A stretch of 64,000 nt of DNA from Marvinbryantia formatexigens (GCA_021771035.1 JAETPU010000007.1:7658-71657), one strand, 5' to 3'; numbered from the stretch's first letter, positions 8,491 to 17,453 are shown. Translations and numbers: made by a program. The notes: generated from the letters alone by a model not told the origin.

Positions 8491-8665
8491 TCGCCTGATG
8501 CGTTGAGGCTGTCGTGAACCGCCGGCCGCGGGCGAGTCTGGGAGGGATACTGTATTGCGTCTGCTGTCTGCGAACACCGGCGATTGCTGTATAAACTGTA
8601 TGGCTTGCATAATTATTTAGAGTATATTGATAGAATTTGTTGACGATGCTGCAATTATATGCTAT
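8391..8665. repeat. Direct repeat copy 1 (3' end of the cyclophilin-like gene plus downstream intergenic/promoter region)
   Basis: Aligns without indels to 17176..17450 at a constant offset of 8785 nt, with about 15 mismatches by hand count. Confidence 0.9.
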
Positions 8666-8668
8666 GGT
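8640..8668 (+). promoter_or_regulatory. Promoter inside repeat copy 1
   Basis: TTGACG, 17 nt spacer, TATGGT. It sits just upstream of the MutS-like pair. The homologous site in copy 2 is TTGACA-17-TATTCT. Confidence 0.4.
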
Positions 8669-8682
8669 TTCTAGCATAGGCG

Positions 8683-10272
8683 GTGGTAAATTTGTCAGTG
8701 AATTCGATTGTTTGGGATAGAGAAACTCACCCCTCGCGTCATGCGGCGGCGGGAGGGACTGAAGCCGATGCGCTCAGGGAATTGGGAATTCCCCAGCTGC
8801 TGTTCAGCCGCAGGGAACTCAGCGATGAGGAAATCCTCGGTTTTCTCAATTGCAAAGGCGGGGATATTGTTCTAAGGCAGGGGGTATTAGAGGAGGCGCT
8901 TCAAAAGGAAGAACTCTCCTCGATTTTTGACGCTCTCCTTCAAAGTATCAGCAAAATAAAACGCTATCTTAAAGAATACAGCATCAAAGATCAGGAAAAA
9001 ATCGTATGCTTCCAGGCCCTGTACCTGCTATTGAGGGAATATGTGCAGATTATTGGGCAGTCCAGAGAACGCTTAGAGTCCGCCGGTGTGAAAAGCCGGG
9101 GGCTGACTAGGCTTTTACACCTATTTAAGGAGTTGTGGGACAGCCAGAATCTCAATGCGCTGCAGGAGAGTTTGTCCCATATCGGGGAGTACTGGAATCC
9201 TCCCAAGATATGTGAATTCGGCCTGAATATTGATTCCGGCTTTCATATCAAGGAAATCACCGTCACCAAGCTGTTCCCGCAGCGGGAATTTGCCGAATCC
9301 GCCTGCTTTTCCAGGCCGACCTATCTGCACAGGGGAACGTCCACCGCCAAACTGCAGTACTACTATTTTAAAAAGCTCAAGAGCCTGCTCAATACAGAGC
9401 TTGGCAGATTGCAGCGGGATCTGAAACCGTTTTCTCCCGAGCTGGTATCGGCGCTGCTGCAGCTGGAGCGGGAATTCACTCTGTATTCGGCGGGGATCCG
9501 TTGGTGCCAAAAGATTCAGCGCAAAAACGCCGTTTTTTGCTTTCCAGCCGTTTCACAGCATACTATCCGATGCCGTGGCATGGCCCTTCCCGAAACAGTG
9601 GAGGCTTTGGAGACTGCGGACAGATACACCGTCGATTTGAAAGACGGGGAAACTGTCTGCATCGTTACGGGGGCGGGCAGCGCCTATAAGGATGGATTTG
9701 CGGCGGCGCTTGGGGCAAACCAGGTGTTGTTTCAGCTGGGGTTCCCGGTGTGCGCCTCAGAGGCGGCCCTTCCGGTTCGGGAGCGTGTATTTACTATTTT
9801 CGCCCAGGGAGAGAGCGAGGACGAGTCCCGGTTCGCCCGGGAGGCCAGATTGACTGCTCAAATTGAGCGGTGCGGCGGGGAAAGCCTTGTTTTGCTCCGG
9901 GATGCCTATACCTCCACCAATGCCCGGGAGGGGGAGAAAATCGCCGCCGAATTGATTGAGGCTGTCACAAAAACCGGAAGCATCGTGGTGTGCTCCACCC
10001 ATTTTGCGAAGCTGGTGTCAGCCCTTGCGGACAAAAACATCCCCTGCGCCAGCTATGTGGCGGCTTCGGGAACGCAGGAGGATGGCTGCGTTGGGAATAT
10101 GCTTCTTCGCGGGGAGCCCTATGCGCTCAGTTATGCCAGGCAGCTTGCCCAAAAGCACAGTTTCACCGTTGAGGCTATCCTGGAAATCCTCAAATCCAAG
10201 GATATGAGCGCAGAGACCAGCGCGAGGCTGCTCAGGGAACTGGCCCTGGCTGAGGAAGGGGGCGCGTTGTGA
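8683..10272 (+). CDS. MutS-domain-V-like protein with degenerate P-loop (start codon uncertain)
   Basis: 529 aa. The C-terminal region aligns with the next gene's ATPase domain. It reads TGAGSAYKDG where the partner has TGANQGGKTV, LLRDAY at Walker B, and CSTHF at the H-loop position. No mismatch-binding or Smr motifs were seen. Confidence 0.65.
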   Translation: MVNLSVNSIVWDRETHPSRHAAAGGTEADALRELGIPQLLFSRRELSDEEILGFLNCKGGDIVLRQGVLEEALQKEELSSIFDALLQSISKIKRYLKEYSIKDQEKIVCFQALYLLLREYVQIIGQSRERLESAGVKSRGLTRLLHLFKELWDSQNLNALQESLSHIGEYWNPPKICEFGLNIDSGFHIKEITVTKLFPQREFAESACFSRPTYLHRGTSTAKLQYYYFKKLKSLLNTELGRLQRDLKPFSPELVSALLQLEREFTLYSAGIRWCQKIQRKNAVFCFPAVSQHTIRCRGMALPETVEALETADRYTVDLKDGETVCIVTGAGSAYKDGFAAALGANQVLFQLGFPVCASEAALPVRERVFTIFAQGESEDESRFAREARLTAQIERCGGESLVLLRDAYTSTNAREGEKIAAELIEAVTKTGSIVVCSTHFAKLVSALADKNIPCASYVAASGTQEDGCVGNMLLRGEPYALSYARQLAQKHSFTVEAILEILKSKDMSAETSARLLRELALAEEGGAL

Positions 10273-11813
10273 TGGTAAAGACCTCCAAGACCATACTCCA
10301 GGACTTGGAGCTGGATGAAATTATAGATTGGTTTGAGATAAAACTGCCCAATTCGGATGATTATCTATCCTTCCACCGCGCCGCAATTACAGACTACTTA
10401 TCATCGGATCTGGAGATCCTGCGCCAAAGGCAGAAGGCCATTGGGCTTTTGCTGGAAAATGAACCCCTGTGCCAGGCGCTGTACAGCCTGTTGGACTTAC
10501 ATGCGCAGGTACGGCAGCTGAGTTCGAAGCACGGCAGCGATGACAGGGCGTCCATTTCCAATTATATTGATGCGAGACGCCAGGTCCGGTCGCTTTTGCC
10601 CCAACTGCACGGCCTTCTCAATGACACATGGGGAATCCAGGTGTTTGAGCGGCTCAAAGCAGAGCTGGAAGAACTGTTTGAGAGCGGCGCCCTGGACAGG
10701 ATAGACCAGTGGGATAAAACCTATGTGGAACAGGAGCTTGTGCCTAGGAGTATGCGGGTTCTCTTGGCTGTGGACGAATTGTTTTTGATCCGGGAATTTC
10801 AGATCCGGGATTTTTCCCAGGGCACCTATGAGAACACTCTGACTGGATGTGTCTATTCGCTGACAAGGGAGAAGGCGCTGGAAAAGCTGAATGTTTTTTC
10901 CGGCAAGGGGGATCAGATTGTCAATGCGCTGTTTTCCGGGCACCTGCAGGATCCCTATGGCGATAACACGATATTCAATGACGCCCTGGATCAGAATATC
11001 GCGCAGTTTGAACAGGATACCTATCTGTTATTGTCTTCTTGCTTCCGGTTCTTGGAACAGGCAGAGGAGGATATTGTTTTTCTGCTGAAATGTGCGGAGT
11101 TCTGCAGGAAAGCCCAAAGCCTGGGCACGGCGGCTTGCTTTCCAACCCTGTGTGAAACGCGGGACAAGGTGTATGCGGCCAGGGAGGCGTATTCCTTTGC
11201 CCTGGCGGACAGGATGAAAAAAAGAGGATGGAATCTTTCAGACACGCTGGTGAAAAATCCAGTTGAGTTCGACCGGCCCAATTCGGCGCTGGTGGTGACT
11301 GGCGCCAACCAGGGTGGAAAAACCGTATACCTGCAAACCATTGGGATGATTCAGTTTCTCGCACAGCTGGGGGTAATGGTTCCCGCCAGCCAGGCACAGG
11401 TGAGCCCTGTGGATGCCATTGTCACGATTTTTGCCGGTCAGGAGGAGAAACTGGGCCAGGGCCAGCTGTCCGCTGAGTTTGATTTGCTGCTGCAATCCCT
11501 GCGCCAGGCCAACGGGAATTCCCTGATTCTGCTCAACGAGATTTTTACGCTCTGCGATCCCCAGGATGGTGTGCTCTTCAGCCGCCAGGCCCTTTATGCC
11601 CTGATGGCGATGGGGGCAAGAAGCGTGTGGGTTACGCATCTCTTTGAACTGGCGCTTCCGCTTGAGGAAGGCGATCCCATCACCAGCCTGGTGATGGCGG
11701 TCACAGACCAGGATCACCGCCCTGTCTACCGAATCCGGCGCTCTCCCCCGGACTATCGGAGCTATGCCGCGGAGTCCATTAAAAGCTTTCAGAATCAGGA
11801 ACGCCCGGTTTGA
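10269..11813 (+). CDS. MutS family protein (domain V ABC ATPase only)
   Basis: 514 aa. Overlaps the upstream stop (GTGATG). Walker A GANQGGKT and QTIGMIQFLAQLG..VPA as in MutS/MutS2. Walker B reads LILLNEIF (Asn in place of Asp). WVTHLFEL H-loop. Confidence 0.8.
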   Translation: MMVKTSKTILQDLELDEIIDWFEIKLPNSDDYLSFHRAAITDYLSSDLEILRQRQKAIGLLLENEPLCQALYSLLDLHAQVRQLSSKHGSDDRASISNYIDARRQVRSLLPQLHGLLNDTWGIQVFERLKAELEELFESGALDRIDQWDKTYVEQELVPRSMRVLLAVDELFLIREFQIRDFSQGTYENTLTGCVYSLTREKALEKLNVFSGKGDQIVNALFSGHLQDPYGDNTIFNDALDQNIAQFEQDTYLLLSSCFRFLEQAEEDIVFLLKCAEFCRKAQSLGTAACFPTLCETRDKVYAAREAYSFALADRMKKRGWNLSDTLVKNPVEFDRPNSALVVTGANQGGKTVYLQTIGMIQFLAQLGVMVPASQAQVSPVDAIVTIFAGQEEKLGQGQLSAEFDLLLQSLRQANGNSLILLNEIFTLCDPQDGVLFSRQALYALMAMGARSVWVTHLFELALPLEEGDPITSLVMAVTDQDHRPVYRIRRSPPDYRSYAAESIKSFQNQERPV

Positions 11814-11846
11814 GAAAACCGGGCGTTCCTGATTCTGGTTTGTTTT
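11790..11846. terminator. Strong intrinsic terminator between convergent genes
   Basis: Perfect 22-bp stem CAGAATCAGGAACGCCCGGTTT / AAACCGGGCGTTCCTGATTCTG with a GAGA loop, then GTTTGTTTT. Confidence 0.85.
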
Positions 11847-11981
11847 CGGAGAGTTTGGCTTGGGGATTAAACCGGAAGCCGACGTAGCAGCACAGCGATG
11901 GCGGTGGGATAATCAGGTGGGAAAGGGCGGGCACGGCAACCCTCATAGCCCCGTCTGGTATCTGCACACGGGGAATTTTGC

Positions 11982-12953
11982 CTACAGGATGCCCGCGGTT
12001 CGCCAGCGGATCGACTCGACCCAATCCAACGCGGCATCTTTCAGCCGTTTGGGCTGCGGCGTAAAAAATTCCAGGGTAGGCTCTCCCTTCTTGATGTTCC
12101 ATAAACCGGCAACCTGCCCGTTTACGGCTATGGTGGGCAGGCAGATTCCCGATTTCATAATTACCGCGCGTTTATATTCCGGCGGCAGAACGGCGCTGCG
12201 CTCTGTGTAGGATACGAGTACCGGATCAAAACCGGACAGCAGGGTTAACTCGGGGATTTCACCCATGTTGGCTCCGTCCTCCACATAGTAATAGGTAGAG
12301 CCCCCATATTCCAAACGTGCATATTCGTCCAGGTTGATTTGGGCAAGCAGCTTCTTGTCCTCTTTGCGAAGCCCGAAGAACCATACGGCGTCGGCAAGGG
12401 TAGCTGGACCGTAAGCGGAGAAATACCGGCTCAGCAGGCTGGGCAGCACCTCCTTTGGCGTCTGAGTGGGCTCGGCGCTGATGAGATCAAAATCGCGGCT
12501 GGTCATATCCCGAAACGCCACCAGCCCTTTTTGTGCCAGTCCTACGAAAACGCCGCCCCATGGGCTGAAGGCCCTCTCGATGAACCCGTGGTCATACCGA
12601 TCGGCGAACAAGTGCCGGAACTGGGCGCGGGAAAACACGCCGTCCTCCATAGCACGCAGTACCTCCAGTTCAAAATCGCTGAGCGGCTCACGGTTTGCGT
12701 GCAGGGTCAACAGGTCCGGCAGGTCCTCATAGACTACCCCATGCAGGGCATGGTGAACCCAGGTTTTGGTCAATGCCGTTTTCCAGCCCGAGATATTTGC
12801 ACCCCGGATAAGGGCGGAGAACACCACATTCCGGTGAAACCAGCAGTGCAGCCCGAGAAGCTCGTGGGAAAGCTGCGTGATGTCCTCGCATTGACGGGAT
12901 AAATATAGCCCGTGCATCCGCCTTTGCAGAATTTGCTCCGTTATTTTATCCAT
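11982..12953 (-). CDS. Winged-helix DNA-binding protein, AlkZ/YcaQ-like (HTH_42) DNA glycosylase family
   Basis: 323 aa. GGAGGAAAGG RBS. The length and C-terminal pattern (...GFDPVLVSY...VNGQVAGLWNIKKGEPTLEFF) are typical of the family. The N-terminal region reads GLHCW where AlkZ/YcaQ proteins carry the Q-x-Q or Q-x-D catalytic motif (alignment by eye, uncertain). Confidence 0.65.
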   Translation of the reverse strand: MDKITEQILQRRMHGLYLSRQCEDITQLSHELLGLHCWFHRNVVFSALIRGANISGWKTALTKTWVHHALHGVVYEDLPDLLTLHANREPLSDFELEVLRAMEDGVFSRAQFRHLFADRYDHGFIERAFSPWGGVFVGLAQKGLVAFRDMTSRDFDLISAEPTQTPKEVLPSLLSRYFSAYGPATLADAVWFFGLRKEDKKLLAQINLDEYARLEYGGSTYYYVEDGANMGEIPELTLLSGFDPVLVSYTERSAVLPPEYKRAVIMKSGICLPTIAVNGQVAGLWNIKKGEPTLEFFTPQPKRLKDAALDWVESIRWRTAGIL

Positions 12954-13338
12954 AACAGCCTTTCCTCCAAAATCATTCCATGTTTTTTTCTGTGCCGATT
13001 TGCCCGGCGAACAGCCCGCTTCCGTGTGTGACGGGATCAGTCATGAATATAAGCCGCGTGATGGACACTGGGGAACGCTTGCCTCTTCCGCAGGAGCCCG
13101 CTATTCTGTTGATAGCCCCGGGCCCTTGCGTGCGGGCCCGCTCGGGCAGGAGCCGGGGTTCGGATGTCTCAAGTATACACCAAAATTACGGCTGAAACAA
13201 TTTTTATGGATACAAAGAGGCGAGAGGCAAATGTTTTTCCCCAATAGGATGGAGCGAAGGGACTGCTGGCGGGACACAGCGTTTTTGATGGGCTGCCGCA
13301 GTCCGGTAAAAACCCGGCAGGCCTCACAGAATGACCGC

Positions 13339-13367
13339 TTGACGTATGTATGAGAACCCGGTATAAT
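13339..13367 (+). promoter_or_regulatory. Near-consensus sigma-A promoter inside the 1.16 kb non-coding gap
   Basis: TTGACG, exactly 17 nt, TATAAT. The next credible start codon on this strand is 14114, about 745 nt away. Confidence 0.55.
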
Positions 13368-14113
13368 GAAAAATATTCGTCGCTAACCAGAAGGACTGTG
13401 GGCATGACAGGCTGCGGACAGGGATGCAGCCGTAGTCATAACTTATGCAGGCGGCGAAAATAGAGATAGAAGCGGAAGATTACCCCCATTTCATCCGAAA
13501 TGGGGGCTGTTGGCTTCTCAAAAAATGAATGAGACGGCTGTTCTTTATGACTCAATATTCCGGGTATTTGTGGGGCGTTTTCCACGGAATACACGGGTTT
13601 TGCCATGTCCGGCCGGATTTGCGGGGGATTTCGCATGAAAAGACGGTGGATTTGCCCTGCTGTTGGCTTCGGAGTTCGGAGAGCGGGTTAAGCGGGGATT
13701 AGCGTCGCCACTAAAGGACCAGAGGACAGGCCAGGCACAAAATTCGCAGGCATTGGAAAATTGAGGATGATGGTTCGCAGTGCTGCGTCTGGCTGAAACG
13801 GCCCTTCCGGGGGTTAGGCTTGCCGCGATTCATGGTACGCGTGGAGTGCTTGTACGGCCGTTGTGAAAGGCAGTCAAAGAGCGGGCCTGCTGAACTTTAA
13901 GGGGGCGCTCTGCTTGCTTGGAAGGGAAAGCCGCCTTAACAGATACTGTATATTGCGCACCGGTTTTGCTGTAAGGCTGAAAATCTGTATATTTAACGGA
14001 GGTTTCTCAGGCCTGTGCAAAATAGATGCTGCTATAAAAATTAGAGTAGGTGGGAGGTACAGCTGTCGGGATTATGAATCGTTGGATGTGAATGTGCAAT
14101 AGGAGAACAGACT

Positions 14114-15088
14114 ATGATTGAGTTTGAAGGTATCAGTAAGACCTATCGTGTGGCAAAACGCCAGGCTGGCTTCGGAAATGCTGTCAAGGCGTTGTTTTCC
14201 CGGGAATATGAGCTTGTGAATGCCTTGAATAACGTCAGTTTCACCATCAGGGACGGTGAAATGGTGGGGTATATCGGCCCCAATGGGGCAGGCAAAAGTA
14301 CGACCATCAAGGTGATGTGCGGCGTTCTCACCCCGGACAGCGGCAGCTGCGTCATCAACGGACGGGTTCCCTGGAAGGAGCGTATCGCCCATGTCAGGGA
14401 AATCGGCGTCGTATTTGGGCAGCGCAGCCAGCTGTGGTGGGATGTGCCGGTAATCGACAGCTTTGATCTCATCCGCGATATGTACAAAATTGAGGAGGCA
14501 TCCTATCGGGGCAATTTAAGCGAGCTCACCGAGCTTTTGGATTTAAAGGAGCTGCTGAAAACCCCTACGCGCAACCTGAGCCTGGGCCAGCGGATGCGCT
14601 GCGAGATAGCGGCCTCTCTGCTGCACAATCCCAAAATTCTGTTTTTGGACGAGCCCACTATCGGCTTGGACGCGGTGTCAAAGCTCTCTGTGCGGCAGTT
14701 TATTCAGCGGCTCAATACCCAGCGCGGCACCACGGTGATTCTCACTACCCATGATATGCAGGATATTGAGGCACTTACCCAGCGCATTCTGCTGATTGGC
14801 AAGGGCAGAATCCTTCTGGACGGCGATCTGGAGCAGCTCAAGCGTCAGGTCTCCCAGCGCAGGACCTTGACGGTGTCCTACCGGGGAAAGCCTCCCGCTT
14901 TAACTGCGGGGATGCGGGTGGAGCAGCACAGGGAGGGCCGTATGGTGGTGTCGCTGGATCCGGCGGTTCTGCCGGTGTCGCAGGCCATTGCTGCCCTTGC
15001 CGCGCAGACAGAGCTTTTAGACATCTCGGTTTCCGAAATATCCACCGAGGAGATGGTGGCGGCCCTGTATCGGGAGTACCGCATATGA
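14114..15088 (+). CDS. ABC transporter ATP-binding protein (ABC-2 type system)
   Basis: Walker A GPNGAGKST, signature LSLGQRMR, Walker B ILFLDEPTIGLD, H-loop TTHDM. AGGAGAACAG RBS. Confidence 0.92.
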   Translation: MIEFEGISKTYRVAKRQAGFGNAVKALFSREYELVNALNNVSFTIRDGEMVGYIGPNGAGKSTTIKVMCGVLTPDSGSCVINGRVPWKERIAHVREIGVVFGQRSQLWWDVPVIDSFDLIRDMYKIEEASYRGNLSELTELLDLKELLKTPTRNLSLGQRMRCEIAASLLHNPKILFLDEPTIGLDAVSKLSVRQFIQRLNTQRGTTVILTTHDMQDIEALTQRILLIGKGRILLDGDLEQLKRQVSQRRTLTVSYRGKPPALTAGMRVEQHREGRMVVSLDPAVLPVSQAIAALAAQTELLDISVSEISTEEMVAALYREYRI

Positions 15089-15888
15089 AAAAGTATTTTT
15101 CCGTGTTCCGGATCCGCTTTATCAATGGCCTGCAATACCGTGCGGTGCTGTTTTTTACTCTCGCCGCGCGGTTTGCCTGGGGATTCATGGAGGTGCTGGC
15201 CTATACGGCGCTGTACCGCTCCGGGTATGCGGGGGCTTCCATGGAATATTCCCAGACGGTATCCTATATGTGGATGCAGCAGGTGCTGTTTGTCCTGTTT
15301 TCCGTGGTGTTTTCCGACGGTGATATCTACTCTGCCATCGGCAGCGGCTCCATTGCCTACGAAATGGTGCGCCCGATGGATTTATATGGGCGCTGGTTCT
15401 GCCAGTCCGCCGCCAACCGTGTGTCCTTTACACTGATAAACGCCCTGCCGGTGCTGGTTGTGGCCTGTATCATCCCGCAGCCGTACCGGATGACTCTCCC
15501 TGTAGGGGCCGGGCAGTTTGGACTGTTTCTCGTATCGATGGTGCTGGCGTTGGGGGTTACCGTCGCTTTTGCTATGCTGATGTATGTTTCCCTGTTCTAT
15601 ACGCTCTCCCAGCGGGGTGTCCGGATTATTGTCACGGCGGTGACATCTTTTCTCTCGGGTGGTGTGATCCCGCTTCCGTTTTTCCCGGCCCAGGTGCTGG
15701 CTGTGGTGGAACTGCTGCCCTTTGCAGCCATGCAGAATATGCCTCTTCGTATTTATTCCGGAAACATTGCTGGGTCTTCCGCCGTGTACGGGGTTTTATT
15801 CCAGCTGTTTTGGCTGGTGGTGCTGGTGTTTTTGGGCCGGCTGTGGATGGGCCGCGCCCAGAAAAAAGTAATTGTCCAGGGCGGATAG
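15085..15888 (+). CDS. ABC-2 family transporter permease
   Basis: 267 aa, 6 hydrophobic segments. The start overlaps the ATPase stop (ATGA). Confidence 0.8.
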   Translation: MKKYFSVFRIRFINGLQYRAVLFFTLAARFAWGFMEVLAYTALYRSGYAGASMEYSQTVSYMWMQQVLFVLFSVVFSDGDIYSAIGSGSIAYEMVRPMDLYGRWFCQSAANRVSFTLINALPVLVVACIIPQPYRMTLPVGAGQFGLFLVSMVLALGVTVAFAMLMYVSLFYTLSQRGVRIIVTAVTSFLSGGVIPLPFFPAQVLAVVELLPFAAMQNMPLRIYSGNIAGSSAVYGVLFQLFWLVVLVFLGRLWMGRAQKKVIVQGG

Positions 15889-16237
15889 CCGAATCACAAC
15901 AGTGGATAAACCGAGAAAGGGGAAGGGCGCAAAGGAGCCTCATCGCAGTGATTCGTGTGTTCCCGCCATATCTCATGGGTCTGCTGAGCGCGCCGCCGCA
16001 GGGGACGCCGGCTTCCCATGATGAAACCGCGTGTTTTCCTGGCAGCGGCCCCGAAGCGGCGGACGATACCATCCCTTGCGGGATTGCCGATAGTTTGCAC
16101 GGTTCCCCCCAATGGGCCAAAAGGGGGAGCGTACAGCGTGCGGCAGTTCCCTGCCCGAGCTGTGCTGAAATTCCGGTTCAGGAAGAAGGGGGCGTCCCTC
16201 AAAACCTCATTGGGCCCGTAAACCGGGCCGGAAAGGA

Positions 16238-17026
16238 ATGATTGCTGCCATGCGGCTGTATTTCAGTTATATCGCAATCAATCTGAAAAGCCAGATGCAG
16301 TATAAGATGTCCTTCTTTTTAACTGCGCTTGGCCAGTTTATCACGGCATTTACCTCGTTTTTCGGACTATATTTCATCTTTTCCCGAATAAGCGCTGTAG
16401 ATGACTTTACCTTTGGGCAGGTGCTTCTGTGCTTTGCTGTTGTGATGATGGCCTTTTCCTTAGGAGAAATGCTGGGAGGAAGCTTCTCAGTATTTCCAAG
16501 GCTTCTGGGCAATGGGGAATTTGACCGGGCCCTGGTGAGGCCCAGAAGCGTCATTCTGCAGGTTTTATTCCCGCACATGGACTTTGCGCGTATCGGTATC
16601 ACGGCTCAGGCGGTTTTAGTACTGTGTTATGCCATTCCTCTCAGCGGAGTTATCTGGTCCTGGCAGAAAATTCTCACGCTGGCGCTGATGATCCTGTGCG
16701 GGAGCGCTTTGTTTTTCGGACTCTTTCTCCTGCAGGCGGCATTCTGCTTTTTCACGGTGGAGGATCTGAGCTTTCTGAACCTGTTCACCTACGGTTCCCG
16801 CCAGTTTGGACGGTACCCGTTCTCGGTGTATGGCAAGGGGGTGCTTCACATCCTGACGTTTATCATTCCGCTGGCGTTGTTTCAGTATTACCCGCTGCTG
16901 TATCTTCTGGATAGGGAACACAGTCCCTTTTATATGCTGCTGCCTCTGGCAGCACTCCTGTTTTTACTCCCCTGCTACGCTTTGTTTCGCTTTGGCATGA
17001 GCCGGTATAAGTCTGTCGGTTCCTAG
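16238..17026 (+). CDS. ABC-2 family transporter permease (second subunit)
   Basis: 262 aa polytopic membrane protein with the same architecture as the preceding permease. GGAAAGGA RBS. Confidence 0.8.
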   Translation: MIAAMRLYFSYIAINLKSQMQYKMSFFLTALGQFITAFTSFFGLYFIFSRISAVDDFTFGQVLLCFAVVMMAFSLGEMLGGSFSVFPRLLGNGEFDRALVRPRSVILQVLFPHMDFARIGITAQAVLVLCYAIPLSGVIWSWQKILTLALMILCGSALFFGLFLLQAAFCFFTVEDLSFLNLFTYGSRQFGRYPFSVYGKGVLHILTFIIPLALFQYYPLLYLLDREHSPFYMLLPLAALLFLLPCYALFRFGMSRYKSVGS

Positions 17027-17076
17027 CGTATGCTTGATGCTGGATGCTGGGCCCAGAGGATCGGTTTATGTGAAAA

Positions 17077-17111
17077 ACGGAGCCTTACAGTTTCTGTAAG
17101 GCTCCGTTTTG
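17077..17111 (+). terminator. Intrinsic terminator after the ABC-2 operon
   Basis: ACGGAGCCTTACAG / CTGTAAGGCTCCGT stem with a TTTC loop, then TTTTG. Confidence 0.8.
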
Positions 17112-17175
17112 CTGTCGTGGGAAAGGCGGGAAAAATCCGCCGTTTGAACCGGGGCTGCATGATGCGGCCCAAACC

Positions 17176-17450
17176 CTGGAGCTATACAAGGCTTGGCACA
17201 GTCGAGAGCCTGTCCGGATGGGAGGAAGCCCTCAGCAGTGGGGATGTGAGCGTAACCTTTTGGGCTGCGGACTGATCGCTTGATGCGTTGAGGCTGTCGT
17301 GAACCGCCGGCCGCGGGCGAGTCTGAGCGGGATACTGTATTGGGTTTGCTGTCTGCGAACACCGGCGATTGCTGTATAAACTGTATGATTTGCATAATTG
17401 TTTATAGTATATTGATAGAATTTGTTGACAATGCTGCGATTATGTGCTAT
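17176..17450. repeat. Direct repeat copy 2 (truncated 3' end of a cyclophilin-like gene plus promoter region)
   Basis: Encodes only ...SYTRLGTVESLSGWEEALSSGDVSVTFWAAD, with no upstream body of the gene. About 94-95% identical to 8391..8665. Confidence 0.9.
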
Positions 17451-17453
17451 TCT
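17425..17453 (+). promoter_or_regulatory. Promoter inside repeat copy 2
   Basis: TTGACA, 17 nt spacer, TATTCT, about 200 nt upstream of the solute-binding protein gene. Confidence 0.45.

Noticed and set aside
13000-14102. ORFs 13000-13353, 13436-13636 (minus strand) and 13863-14102 in the long gap
   Set aside because: They have no RBS and Arg/Gly/Pro/Cys-rich products with no motifs. They overlap the predicted promoter and hairpins. The region is treated as non-coding.
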